From the NCBI GenBank assembly GCA_963798845.1, contig CAWCUS010000001.1:768001-832000 (forward strand): a stretch of 64,000 bases of DNA, read 5' to 3'. The translations under genes and the position numbers were made by a program. This stretch comes from an uncultured Gemmatimonadales bacterium. GTDB taxonomy: Bacteria > Gemmatimonadota > Gemmatimonadetes > Longimicrobiales > RSA9. The notes under the pieces were generated by a model that was not told where the DNA came from, ran no database searches, and worked only from the letters and a program-made list of their open reading frames with translations. Positions 1 through 8,569 of this stretch are shown here, in pieces (the stretch's first letter is position 1; the number at the start of each line of letters is the position of its first letter).

Positions 1-1
1 G

Positions 2-1192
2 TTCTCCCCCACCATCGTCCCCTGGCTCTGTCTCACGGCCATCAAGGACCAGCTGAGCGACATGGGGCCGGTGAAGGAGGTGGAAGCGTTCAACCACCTG
101 CCGGTCATCGACGCCGACACGATGGCCGGGTGCCCGCGTCGCCAGTTCTGGCTGGACTGGTTCGACCACCAGACCCGGGACGACTACTGGAAGCGGCTGG
201 GCGTGGAGAACCACCTGGACCGGGTTCGCGTCCCGGTGCTCGGCATCGCCGGCTGGTACGACGACGCCCGGGGCACCATCCGCAACTACGAGGTAATGAG
301 CCGGCTCCCGGAGCACCCGCCGCTGCGCGTGGTCATGGACGCGGGCGCGCACAAGGGGATCGACTACGTCCACGGGCATTTCGGCCCGCGCGCGCGCATC
401 GATCCCCGGCTGCTCCAGCTGCGCTGGTTCGACCGCTGGCTGAAGGGCGTGGACAACGGCGTGGACCGCGAGCCCGCGCTCGACCTCTTCATCATGGGCG
501 ACAGCGCCTGGCGGCAGGAGCGGGAATGGCCGCTGGCCCGCACCCGCTTCACCCGCTACTACCTCCACTCCCACGGCCCGGCCAACACGTCGGCGGGCGA
601 CGGCTGGCTCGACACCGTCCCGTCCGCCGCCGAGCCGGAGGACACGTTTACGTATGACCCCGGCGACCCCACGCCGTACCTGGTGGACGCGCGCGAGCTG
701 GAGCTGGCGCTGAACGAGGACTACGCCCCGGTCAACGCCTCACGCCGCGACATGCTGGTGTTCGACTCGCCGCCGCTCGAGCACGAGCTGGAGCTCGTCG
801 GCCCCATCACCGCCACGATCTGGGCCGCTACCGACGCCCGCGACACGGACTGGCACGTCATGCTCCTGGACCTCGGGCCCGAGGGTGAGGCGAGGCGGAT
901 CCAGGATGGGATCGCCCGCGCCCGCTTCCGGACCGGCTTCGACAGTCCGGAGCTGCCGGAGCCCGGCCGCGTCTACCGCTACGACATCGACCTCTGGTTC
1001 ACCGGGCTGGTCCTTCCGCCCGGGCACCGCATCCGCGTCACGGTGGAGTCGGCGGCGTTCCCGAAGTACGACCGGAACCTCAACACGGGTGGCGACAACG
1101 AGCGCGACACGGTGTACGTGGCCGCGCACCAGCGTATCTTCCACGATGGCGGGCACCCGTCGTTCGTGACGGTGCCCGTGATCCCCCGCTAG
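2..1192 (+). CDS. CocE/NonD family hydrolase (X-Pro dipeptidyl-peptidase-like), 5' end truncated by the window edge
   Basis: Frame is open from position 2. Shows VPVLGIAGWYD, 'LRWFDRWLKG', 'YDPGDPTP' and the PepX_C-type C-terminus (GHRIRVTVESAAFPKYDRNLNTG). Confidence 0.88.
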   Translation, partial: FSPTIVPWLCLTAIKDQLSDMGPVKEVEAFNHLPVIDADTMAGCPRRQFWLDWFDHQTRDDYWKRLGVENHLDRVRVPVLGIAGWYDDARGTIRNYEVMSRLPEHPPLRVVMDAGAHKGIDYVHGHFGPRARIDPRLLQLRWFDRWLKGVDNGVDREPALDLFIMGDSAWRQEREWPLARTRFTRYYLHSHGPANTSAGDGWLDTVPSAAEPEDTFTYDPGDPTPYLVDARELELALNEDYAPVNASRRDMLVFDSPPLEHELELVGPITATIWAATDARDTDWHVMLLDLGPEGEARRIQDGIARARFRTGFDSPELPEPGRVYRYDIDLWFTGLVLPPGHRIRVTVESAAFPKYDRNLNTGGDNERDTVYVAAHQRIFHDGGHPSFVTVPVIPR

Positions 1193-1263
1193 GCAGCGGG
1201 GGACGGCGGCGGGACAGGGCGACGGCCAGCGGCAGGCCGCGCATGAAAGGAGGACGTCCACCC

Positions 1264-1800
1264 ATGCATGGCAATGAGCGGCTGCGTCGGGACCGCCTGC
1301 GCGCGTTCGGGATCGCGATCGCGGCCGCGGCGGCGATCTCGGCGTGCGGTTCGGGCGATGGCACGGCCCCGGAGATCCGCGCCGGCGAATGGAGCGAGGC
1401 GCCCGCCGACCCCTCGCTGCGAGTCCTGGCCACGGACCCCGCCTTCGGTCCGGGCGCGATGCGCCAGGTCGTGCGCTCCGGCGAGGACTGGTCCCGTATC
1501 TGGGACGAATGGCAGGCCGGCCGCTACCCCCCGGCGCCGCTCCCGGACGTGGACTTCGCCGATGAGATGGTGCTGGTCGCGGCCATGGGCAGCCGGCCGA
1601 GCAGCGGGTACGGCATCATGATCGACTCGCTGCAGGACCTGGGGAGCGAGCTCGTCGCCCACGTCCGGACACTGAGCCCCGCCTCCGGGTGCGTGGTGCT
1701 CACCGTCATCACCCGCCCGGCCGTGGCGGTGGCGGCGCCCGCCAGCGACGTGCCGGTCCGCTTCGCCGAGCACCCCTACGTGCACCGCTGCGACGACTGA
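1264..1800 (+). CDS. Lipoprotein with PrcB C-terminal (protease complex subunit PrcB-like) domain
   Basis: Purine-rich SD-like GAGGA about 9 nt upstream; lipobox ISAC; motif VDFADEMVLVAAMGSRPSSGYGI...VITRP typical of PrcB_C. Alternative start at 1243. Confidence 0.7.
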   Translation: MHGNERLRRDRLRAFGIAIAAAAAISACGSGDGTAPEIRAGEWSEAPADPSLRVLATDPAFGPGAMRQVVRSGEDWSRIWDEWQAGRYPPAPLPDVDFADEMVLVAAMGSRPSSGYGIMIDSLQDLGSELVAHVRTLSPASGCVVLTVITRPAVAVAAPASDVPVRFAEHPYVHRCDD

Positions 1801-1872
1801 CGGCGGCATGGTCCCCGGGTCCCCTGTAACGACCGGGGCCCGGAGCTCCGGATCCCGAGCTCTGCGATGACG

Positions 1873-1913
1873 AATCGCCCACCTCCCGGACTGGTGCCGG
1901 GAGGGGGCGATTT
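1873..1913. terminator. Hairpin between convergent genes (probable terminator)
   Basis: AATCGCCCACCTCCCGG-loop-CCGGGAGGGGGCGATT inverted repeat between convergent ORFs; only a short T run follows. Confidence 0.45.
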
Positions 1914-1970
1914 CGCCAGGTGCTGCGTCGGCTTGGCGCCGGGTGCAGCGTCAGTCAGCCGCGCTGCCGG

Positions 1971-2759
1971 CTACATCCCGGAAGTGCCGGAGTCCGGCGA
2001 CATGCCCGAGCCGGTCGTGCCCATGTCCGAGCTGCCCATCCCCTGCAGCGCCTGCTGCAACGGGTGCTGGTGCGTGCTCGTGACCTGGCCGCTCAGGATC
2101 TGCTGGGCGGTGACCTGCTGGCCGTAGTAGTTCTGGTTCCGCTCGTCATCGAAGTTGATGTCCGTGGCGCCGAGCGACACACCGGCGAAGGCGCCCTCGG
2201 TATCCGACCACAGAACGACGTCGCCCTTGCCGACGTCAGCCTGCGAACGAGCGTTGTAGTCCACCAGCGTGAAGCCGGAGTTCGCGTTCAGGGAGAACGT
2301 CACGTCGCCCTTGAACTCGTTCACGGCCTTGTCGGTCATCAGGAGCATGGCGATCTGGCCGCCCGTGCCGCCGATCTGCGCACCCACGCTGACCCCGCCA
2401 ATGTCGTAGAACGCCGGGTTGCTCCACTGGCCGTTCTCATGCGACATCAGCACGCCCTGCCCGCCCTCCGCGCCCACCACCACGGCGCCCTTGCCGTAGT
2501 CTGGCACGATGAACACGCCCTTGGCCTGGTCCAGCAAGCTCCACAGCTCCTGGTCCGAGCGCATGTTCTGGACTGTGTTCGCAGCGTTGTTCAGCAGGTC
2601 CATGGCCTCCGGCGCGGCGTTCTCCGTCGGCGTCTCGGCCGGCTGCTCGCTCGCGGCCGGAGCCTGCTGGGTCTCCGTGTACTCGTCGTTGTCTCCGCCG
2701 CCGCAAGCGCCGAGCGCCACTACGCACGCGGCCAGCGCCGGTATTCCGATCCGCTTCAT
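1971..2759 (-). CDS. Lipid-binding SYLF/Ysc84 domain lipoprotein
   Basis: SD GGAGG then MKRIGIPALAACVVALGAC (lipobox); AKGVFIVP...GAEGGQGVL...WSNPAF...GAQIGG...GAFAGVSL...N.NYYG...ILSG motif of Ysc84. Confidence 0.85.
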   Translation of the reverse strand: MKRIGIPALAACVVALGACGGGDNDEYTETQQAPAASEQPAETPTENAAPEAMDLLNNAANTVQNMRSDQELWSLLDQAKGVFIVPDYGKGAVVVGAEGGQGVLMSHENGQWSNPAFYDIGGVSVGAQIGGTGGQIAMLLMTDKAVNEFKGDVTFSLNANSGFTLVDYNARSQADVGKGDVVLWSDTEGAFAGVSLGATDINFDDERNQNYYGQQVTAQQILSGQVTSTHQHPLQQALQGMGSSDMGTTGSGMSPDSGTSGM

Positions 2760-2893
2760 CGTCGATCCTCCGTTTTCGAGAGGCGTTCCGTCGTGAATTC
2801 GTCCACTCGTATACGCAGTGCGTGTGCCACCGGAACGGGCCACCCCCTGTTCCGCCCCCCGCGCTTCCGATTTCTCGGGGGTTGCGTCGGCGA

Positions 2894-3814
2894 TCACCGC
2901 TCCACTGGGAGGTCGGGGTGCCGGCTCCAGTCCAGGAAGGAGCCGTCGTACAGGCGCGCCGTGTAGCCGAGGTAGCGTGCCACGTAGTAGAGGAAGCTGG
3001 CCTCCATTCCCGTCCGGCAGTACGCCACTATCGTGTCCCCCGGCTCCGCCCCCGCCCCACGAAACAGCGCCCGGAGCGTGCCCGCGTCCTTCAGCCGAGG
3101 CCGATCCAGCGACACGATGGTCCGGTGCCAGTCCAGGTCGTGCGCACCCGGAATGTGGCCGGGGCGCGGCACCCCTTCGCCCGCTACCTGTCCGCTGTAC
3201 TGGTCCGCCCCCCGCGCGTCCAGCAGCACCACTCCCGGGTGCGTCCGGTGCTCCTCCACCCACGCCGCGTCCACCACCCGCCCGGGCTGCGCCTTCCCCC
3301 CTACCGACCCGGGCGACCCTCCCGACCCTGCCGATGTCGCCGACGCCTGCGTCCCGCCGCTCAGCCCACGCCCCTCTTCGCGCCACACCCTCTCTCCTCC
3401 GTCCAGCAGGGCCGTCCGGCCGCCGAGGCCAAGGACGTCCAGCGTGACGAAAGCGCGCGCCGCCGCGAGAGGGGCCCCGTAAACCACCACGCGCGACGAG
3501 TCCGACACGCCCTCGCCGCCGTACGCCGTCCGCAGCCTCGCAATCGAAGGCACCTGGTTCGTGAGCCCGCCGCGGGACACCGCGATCTGCTTCACGTCCA
3601 GGAAACGCGCGCCCGGGATGTGCTCCGTGGCGTAGCTCGCGCTGTCGGTGCCCACCTGGAGCACCACCACCCACGGGTCCTCCAGGTGCGCCGACAGCCA
3701 CTCCGGCGAGATCGCGACCTCCTGTGCCGTTCCCCCTCCGCCGCAACCCGTCAGCGCGAGCGCGCCGGTCGTCAGCAACGCCAGCCCCGCGAAGCGCTCC
3801 AGCACCGATCTCAT
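2894..3814 (-). CDS. Tandem-domain rhodanese/sulfurtransferase (SseA-like), exported lipoprotein
   Basis: Lipobox LTGC; HIPGA in both domains; LLDGG; DAR; active-site loop YCRTGMEA; YDGSFLDW. Confidence 0.88.
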   Translation of the reverse strand: MRSVLERFAGLALLTTGALALTGCGGGGTAQEVAISPEWLSAHLEDPWVVVLQVGTDSASYATEHIPGARFLDVKQIAVSRGGLTNQVPSIARLRTAYGGEGVSDSSRVVVYGAPLAAARAFVTLDVLGLGGRTALLDGGERVWREEGRGLSGGTQASATSAGSGGSPGSVGGKAQPGRVVDAAWVEEHRTHPGVVLLDARGADQYSGQVAGEGVPRPGHIPGAHDLDWHRTIVSLDRPRLKDAGTLRALFRGAGAEPGDTIVAYCRTGMEASFLYYVARYLGYTARLYDGSFLDWSRHPDLPVER

Positions 3815-4172
3815 GACCCTCCCATCCGGATGATCGCCGTTCCACTCGAGCGGCGCCCACGCCGCCGCCCGGCGCCCGGTCTCCACGCCCCTGCCCGGTG
3901 CTCCGCCGCCCGCACGATCCAAGCCCGAGTTCCCCGTCCGCACGTGTGCCGGGGACCGATCGCGCACCTTGGGTGTTCATCTGACCCACGGGTCATTAAC
4001 ACTACCCGCCGGGTCGGGCGTCATGCACGGCAGGGGACGCGGCGGGGCGGCCGGTCCCGCTGGGACGGACTGAGAACGGGCTGGAGAACGGAGCCGGGAT
4101 GGGAGAACGGGTGTGGGCCGGGTCGAGGGACGAGCGGGCGGCGGGTGCGGAGCGGGGGGCCGGAACGTGGCG

Positions 4173-5381
4173 ATGAACAGGCTGGCGGACGTGCTCGGGG
4201 CGAATCGGGTGGTGGTCGCGCTGACCACGGCCCGGCTGGCGGATGCGCTGGGGAACAGCATTCTGTTCGTGCTGCTCCCGCTCTACGTGACGCGTGTGGC
4301 GCGCGGGTCGGGGATTCCGACGGAGATCGTGGTAGGGGCGCTGATCTCCGTGTACGGATTCGTGAATGCGGCGATCCAGCCGTTCACGGGGGCGTGGGCG
4401 GACCGGCTGCACCGTCGCAAGCCGCTGATCGTGGGTGGGCTGGTGATCATGGCGGCGGCCACGCTGTCGTTCGTTTGGACGGCGAACCTCCCGGGGCTGT
4501 TCGCGATCCGGCTGTTCCAGGGAGTGGGCGTGGCGATGACGGTGCCCACGTCCATGGCGCTCATGGCGACCGCGACTCAGCACGGCACGCGTGGCGGCTC
4601 GATGGGGATCTACACGACCGGCCGGATGATCGGGCTCGCGGCGGGGCCGCTGCTGGGCGGGTACCTGTATGACCACTTTGGCTTCGAGCCGAGCTTCTAC
4701 CTGGCGGCGGGCCTGCTGGTGCTTGGCGCGATCCTGGTGTGGCAGTGGGTGAAGGAGGTTCCGTCGCAGGTGGACCGGTCGGGAGCGCCCTTCCGCGTGT
4801 TCGACCGTTCGCTGCTGTCGGCGGGCATCCTGGGGGTGGCGCTGGCCACGTTCGTGATGGCGACGGCGTTCACCATGATGGCCACGCTCGAGCCGGAGTT
4901 CATCCGCCGGCTGCACGGTACGGCGTTCGGGTTCGGCGTGGCGTTCAGCTCGCTCATGGCCGCGCGACTGGTGCTCCAGGTGCCGTTCGGGTCGCTCTCC
5001 GACCGGATCGGCCGCAAGCCGTTGATCGTGGCGGGGCTGGTGCTGATGGCGCCGACGACGGCGCTGCTGGGCCTGGCCGGGTCCATGTTGCAGCTGTCGC
5101 TGTATCGCGTGTTCCAGGGCGCTGCATCGGCGGCGATCGCCGCGCCGGCGTTCGCGCTTGCGGCGGACCTGACCACGGCCGGCGGCGAGGGTCGGCAGAT
5201 GAGCATGGTGACGCTGGGTTTCGGCCTGGGCCTGGCCACCGGACCGCTGCTGGCGGGCTTGCTGGGCGCACTCTCCTTCGAGCTGCCGTTCGTCGTGGGC
5301 GGGGTGCTGTCGCTGGCAGGCGCCTGGGTGGTCTTCCGCTGGGTCCCCGAGACGGTGGTCCGGCGGGGCGCGCCGGTCTGA
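4173..5381 (+). CDS. MFS transporter
   Basis: About 12 hydrophobic segments; motif A twice (GAWADRLHRRKP; GSLSDRIGRKP). Confidence 0.9.
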   Translation: MNRLADVLGANRVVVALTTARLADALGNSILFVLLPLYVTRVARGSGIPTEIVVGALISVYGFVNAAIQPFTGAWADRLHRRKPLIVGGLVIMAAATLSFVWTANLPGLFAIRLFQGVGVAMTVPTSMALMATATQHGTRGGSMGIYTTGRMIGLAAGPLLGGYLYDHFGFEPSFYLAAGLLVLGAILVWQWVKEVPSQVDRSGAPFRVFDRSLLSAGILGVALATFVMATAFTMMATLEPEFIRRLHGTAFGFGVAFSSLMAARLVLQVPFGSLSDRIGRKPLIVAGLVLMAPTTALLGLAGSMLQLSLYRVFQGAASAAIAAPAFALAADLTTAGGEGRQMSMVTLGFGLGLATGPLLAGLLGALSFELPFVVGGVLSLAGAWVVFRWVPETVVRRGAPV

Positions 5382-5442
5382 GACCGCCCGGCAGCGGGCG
5401 CCGAGCAACGGCGACCCCGCGGACCTCGATCCGGCGGCCGGC

Positions 5443-6621
5443 TCACCCGGGCGCGGGGAGGCGGAGCGCGAACGTGGCGCCGGGACGGTCGGTCGGCTCC
5501 ACCTCCAGCTCGCCGTCCATGAGGCCGGCGACGGCGCGGGCGAGGGAGAGGCCGAGGCCGAAGCCGGACCCGGTCTCGGTCAGGCGGCGGTAGGGCTGGA
5601 AGATGTCGTCGGAGTGCGCGGGGTCGATCCCGGGTCCCTGGTCGTGCACGCGGATGGTCACGCGTGCAGGCGGGCGCGGCTCCCGGGCCGCGTCGACGCG
5701 GATGGTGGTGTGGGCCGGGGAGAACTTGATGGCGTTGTCGAGCAGCTGCACGAGCACCTGCCGGAGGCGGTGCTCGTCGGCGATGACGTCCAGGTCGTCG
5801 GCGACCTGCACCTCCAGGTCGACCTCCGCCTGCTTCGCGGGGAACGCCACCACCTCCAGGCTCGCCTGTGCAACCGGGCGGAGCGGGAGGGGGTGGCATT
5901 CGACCGTGAGCCGCCCCGCCGTGGCCAGCCCCAGCTCGAGGGCGTTGCCCACCAGCGTGTCCACGTGGCCGATCAGCGTCTCGAGACGGCTCACGGCCGT
6001 TTCCTGGCCGTCCGTGAGCGGGCCGTACACGCCGGTGCGGAGCAGGTGGAGGTAGCCGCGCATGGAGCCGAGGGGCGAGCGCAGGTCGTGGCCGACCATG
6101 CGCAGCGCCTCCTCGCGCCGCGATCCCTGCGTCTCCAGCTCGTTCAACCGCCGCTGCATCCCGGCCGCCGTGGTCTCCCGGCGCTCCCCCTCCAGGGCGA
6201 CGGAGGCCTGGTCGGCGAGAGCGGAGAGCAGCCACTCGTCCCGCTCCGCCGCAGGCCGGTCCTCCGGCAGGAGCACCGCCAGCAGTCCCGTCACGGCACC
6301 GCGCACCACGAGTGGCACGCCCAGGAATTGCTCCCTCGCTCCCGGCCCGAACACCGAGCTGAGGCGCGAGATCAGCGTCTCGTCGAGCGGCTCGCGGAAC
6401 CGCTCCATGATGGCTTCATCCACGCCCCTCGCGGCCCGGATGTGGAGCAGACCCTCCTCGTCCGGGAGCATCAGCACGGAGCGCGGCGCGTCGAGAAGCG
6501 CCTGGGCGGTCTCGACGGTGATGTCCAGCACCTCGTCCACCGACGCGGCATAGGTGAGGGCGCGGCTCGCGGCCGTGAGGCGGTGCAGCGCCCCTGCGGC
6601 GCCCTGCGAGCTATCACTCAC
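5443..6621 (-). CDS. GAF-domain sensor histidine kinase (cytoplasmic)
   Basis: N-terminal GAF (FLGVPLVVRGAVTG...LLSALADQASVAL); H-box HDLRSPL; N-box LLDNAIKFS; DQGPGI; GFGLGLSLA; no transmembrane segment; overlaps upstream ATPase stop by 8 nt. Confidence 0.92.
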   Translation of the reverse strand: MSDSSQGAAGALHRLTAASRALTYAASVDEVLDITVETAQALLDAPRSVLMLPDEEGLLHIRAARGVDEAIMERFREPLDETLISRLSSVFGPGAREQFLGVPLVVRGAVTGLLAVLLPEDRPAAERDEWLLSALADQASVALEGERRETTAAGMQRRLNELETQGSRREEALRMVGHDLRSPLGSMRGYLHLLRTGVYGPLTDGQETAVSRLETLIGHVDTLVGNALELGLATAGRLTVECHPLPLRPVAQASLEVVAFPAKQAEVDLEVQVADDLDVIADEHRLRQVLVQLLDNAIKFSPAHTTIRVDAAREPRPPARVTIRVHDQGPGIDPAHSDDIFQPYRRLTETGSGFGLGLSLARAVAGLMDGELEVEPTDRPGATFALRLPAPG

Positions 6622-8041
6622 GACCGCTGGCTCCGGCTTCCACTCTGATCCCGCCCGCCCCGATGGTGAACGGGAACCCGCCCAGCGGGTGGTCGATCCC
6701 CCGCGCTTTCACGACGCGGAGCATCCGCCGGGGCGGGTCGGTCTCGAGGTCGGTGTGCAGCGAGATCAGCACGTCCGAGAGGGTGCTCAGGCGTGACTCC
6801 TGGGCCCCCTGCTGCGGATAGGTGGGGGGCCGCCTGGCCTCGAGGGTCATCACGGTGGTGATCCCGCTCGCCCCGAGGTGCTGGACGATCGAGTACAGGT
6901 AGTCGTGGAACCGCTCGTCGCTGGCCGCCGCCAGCCGGAGATCGCCGAGCGCATCGAGAACAATGCGGCGGATCCCCTGCTCGCGGATCGCCGCGAACAT
7001 GCTCACCACCACGGAGTCGATCTGGAGCTCCACGGGCGACGCGTACTGGAGATGCAGCCCGCGTCTGCGGTATTCCGCCAGGTCGACGCCCAGTGCGGAG
7101 ATCGTGCGCGCCAGCTGTGTGGGGTTCTCCTGGAAGTTGAGGACGAGCGCCGGTTCCCCCTGCCGCACGCCGTCGAGGGCGAAGCTCAGCGCGAACGTGG
7201 TCTTCCCGGCCCCCGCCTCGCCGACCACGATCGCGGTGCTCCCACGCCAGAACCCGCCACCCAGCAGCCTGTCGACTCCGGCGATGCCGGAAGAGACGCG
7301 TTCCTGCGCCATGTCATAGGCCAGGGGCCTGTCCGGCGTCACCAGACGGGGGAACACGTGGAGGCCATCCGCCGAGATCGTGAAAGCGTGCAGACCCTCC
7401 CGATAGCTGCTCCCGCGCAACTTCAGGACGCGCAGGTAGCGCTCGTCCCTCTTTCCCGACCCGTGCCGCGCCAGCTGGATGATCCCGTCCGCCACCGCGA
7501 ACTCCGGGTACTCGGGCACTTCCTCTTCCGAGTACTCCCCGACCAGGAACGTGGTGATGTCGTAGCCCGCCAGCAGGCCGCCCAGTTGCGCCGTGAGGCG
7601 GCGCACGTCCAGGGGCGACTCCGCGAGATCGTGCAGCGCCTTGAAGGAGTCCACCACGAGCAGCTTCGGGCGCAGCTCCCGGATGAGCTCGCCCACGTGC
7701 CGAACCAGGTAGTCGATCCCCTCCGCCAGCAGCTCCTGGCTCACGTCCTGGTAAACGACCGAGCCCAGCATCTTCGACTCGTCGTAGAACCGGAACGTCT
7801 GGAGGTAGGTCAGCACCTTCGCCTGCGGCTCCGCCAGCGTGGAGATGTACACCACCGGGCGATCCCCGCCCGCGTTCGTGAACAGGATCTGCTGGGCCAG
7901 GATCGTCTTGCCCGTGCCCGGCTGACCCATGATGATGTTGATGGAGTTCGACGGGAACCCGCCATTCACCACTGCGTCCGCTTCGGTGTGACCCGTCGAG
8001 ATCCGATCCAGCTCCAGCACGCCGTCCACAACCTCAGCCAT
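6614..8041 (-). CDS. KaiC-like double RecA-domain ATPase (KaiC/GvpD/RAD55 family)
   Basis: Two Walker A motifs (GQPGTGKT, GEAGAGKT), Walker B (VVDS, VLDA), KxRG arginine-finger motifs, FPRL linker, RVSSGI, and LSTLSD matching KaiC ISTITD. Confidence 0.9.
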   Translation of the reverse strand: MAEVVDGVLELDRISTGHTEADAVVNGGFPSNSINIIMGQPGTGKTILAQQILFTNAGGDRPVVYISTLAEPQAKVLTYLQTFRFYDESKMLGSVVYQDVSQELLAEGIDYLVRHVGELIRELRPKLLVVDSFKALHDLAESPLDVRRLTAQLGGLLAGYDITTFLVGEYSEEEVPEYPEFAVADGIIQLARHGSGKRDERYLRVLKLRGSSYREGLHAFTISADGLHVFPRLVTPDRPLAYDMAQERVSSGIAGVDRLLGGGFWRGSTAIVVGEAGAGKTTFALSFALDGVRQGEPALVLNFQENPTQLARTISALGVDLAEYRRRGLHLQYASPVELQIDSVVVSMFAAIREQGIRRIVLDALGDLRLAAASDERFHDYLYSIVQHLGASGITTVMTLEARRPPTYPQQGAQESRLSTLSDVLISLHTDLETDPPRRMLRVVKARGIDHPLGGFPFTIGAGGIRVEAGASGRE

Positions 8042-8444
8042 CGGATCCTCTCTTCACTTCGAGCAGCTCCTGGACCGTCTGCACGAGCGATTGTTCCGCC
8101 AGCGGCTTGCGCAGGAACGCGTCCGCCCCCGCCTCCCGGGCCCGCCCCGCGGCGGCAAGGATGCTGAAGATGAGCACCGCCGTGCCGTTCAGCTCGGGGG
8201 CCTGCTTGATCCGTCGGCACACGGAAAGCCCGTCCAGCTTGGGGACCAGGATCTCCGTGATCACGAGATCGGGATGCCGGGAGCCAACCAGCACGAGCGC
8301 GGCTTCACCGTCCGTGGCAAACTCGACGGCGAAGCCCGCTTCGCGGAGGAAATAGCCCTCCAGCTCTCGAACCTGGGGATCGCGCTCGACGACGAGGATG
8401 ACTGCGGTTCCGCCGCCGGCGTCGCGCGCCGAGGGATTGCTGAT
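8034..8444 (-). CDS. Stand-alone response regulator receiver domain (atypical); start codon uncertain
   Basis: ILVVERD...PDLVITEILVPKLDGL...AGADAFLRKP CheY fold. Start may be ATC at 8444 after a strong SD, or an upstream GTG (up to 8546). Confidence 0.85.
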   Translation of the reverse strand: MSNPSARDAGGGTAVILVVERDPQVRELEGYFLREAGFAVEFATDGEAALVLVGSRHPDLVITEILVPKLDGLSVCRRIKQAPELNGTAVLIFSILAAAGRAREAGADAFLRKPLAEQSLVQTVQELLEVKRGSDG

Positions 8445-8569
8445 TGCTCTGCTCCCCTCCGAGGGAAGACTTGGAGTGCGGCAACGCACAAGATTGATTC
8501 GAACTCCGCCCGTCCGCAAGCGTGCGACAGGCCCGCGACGGTTCACTGCATTTCCGTTACCATTCCGTC

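Noticed and set aside
6614..8041. A true circadian clock
   Set aside because: No kaiA/kaiB in the window, no KaiC C-terminal tail, and altered catalytic Glu pairs; only KaiC-like status is supported.
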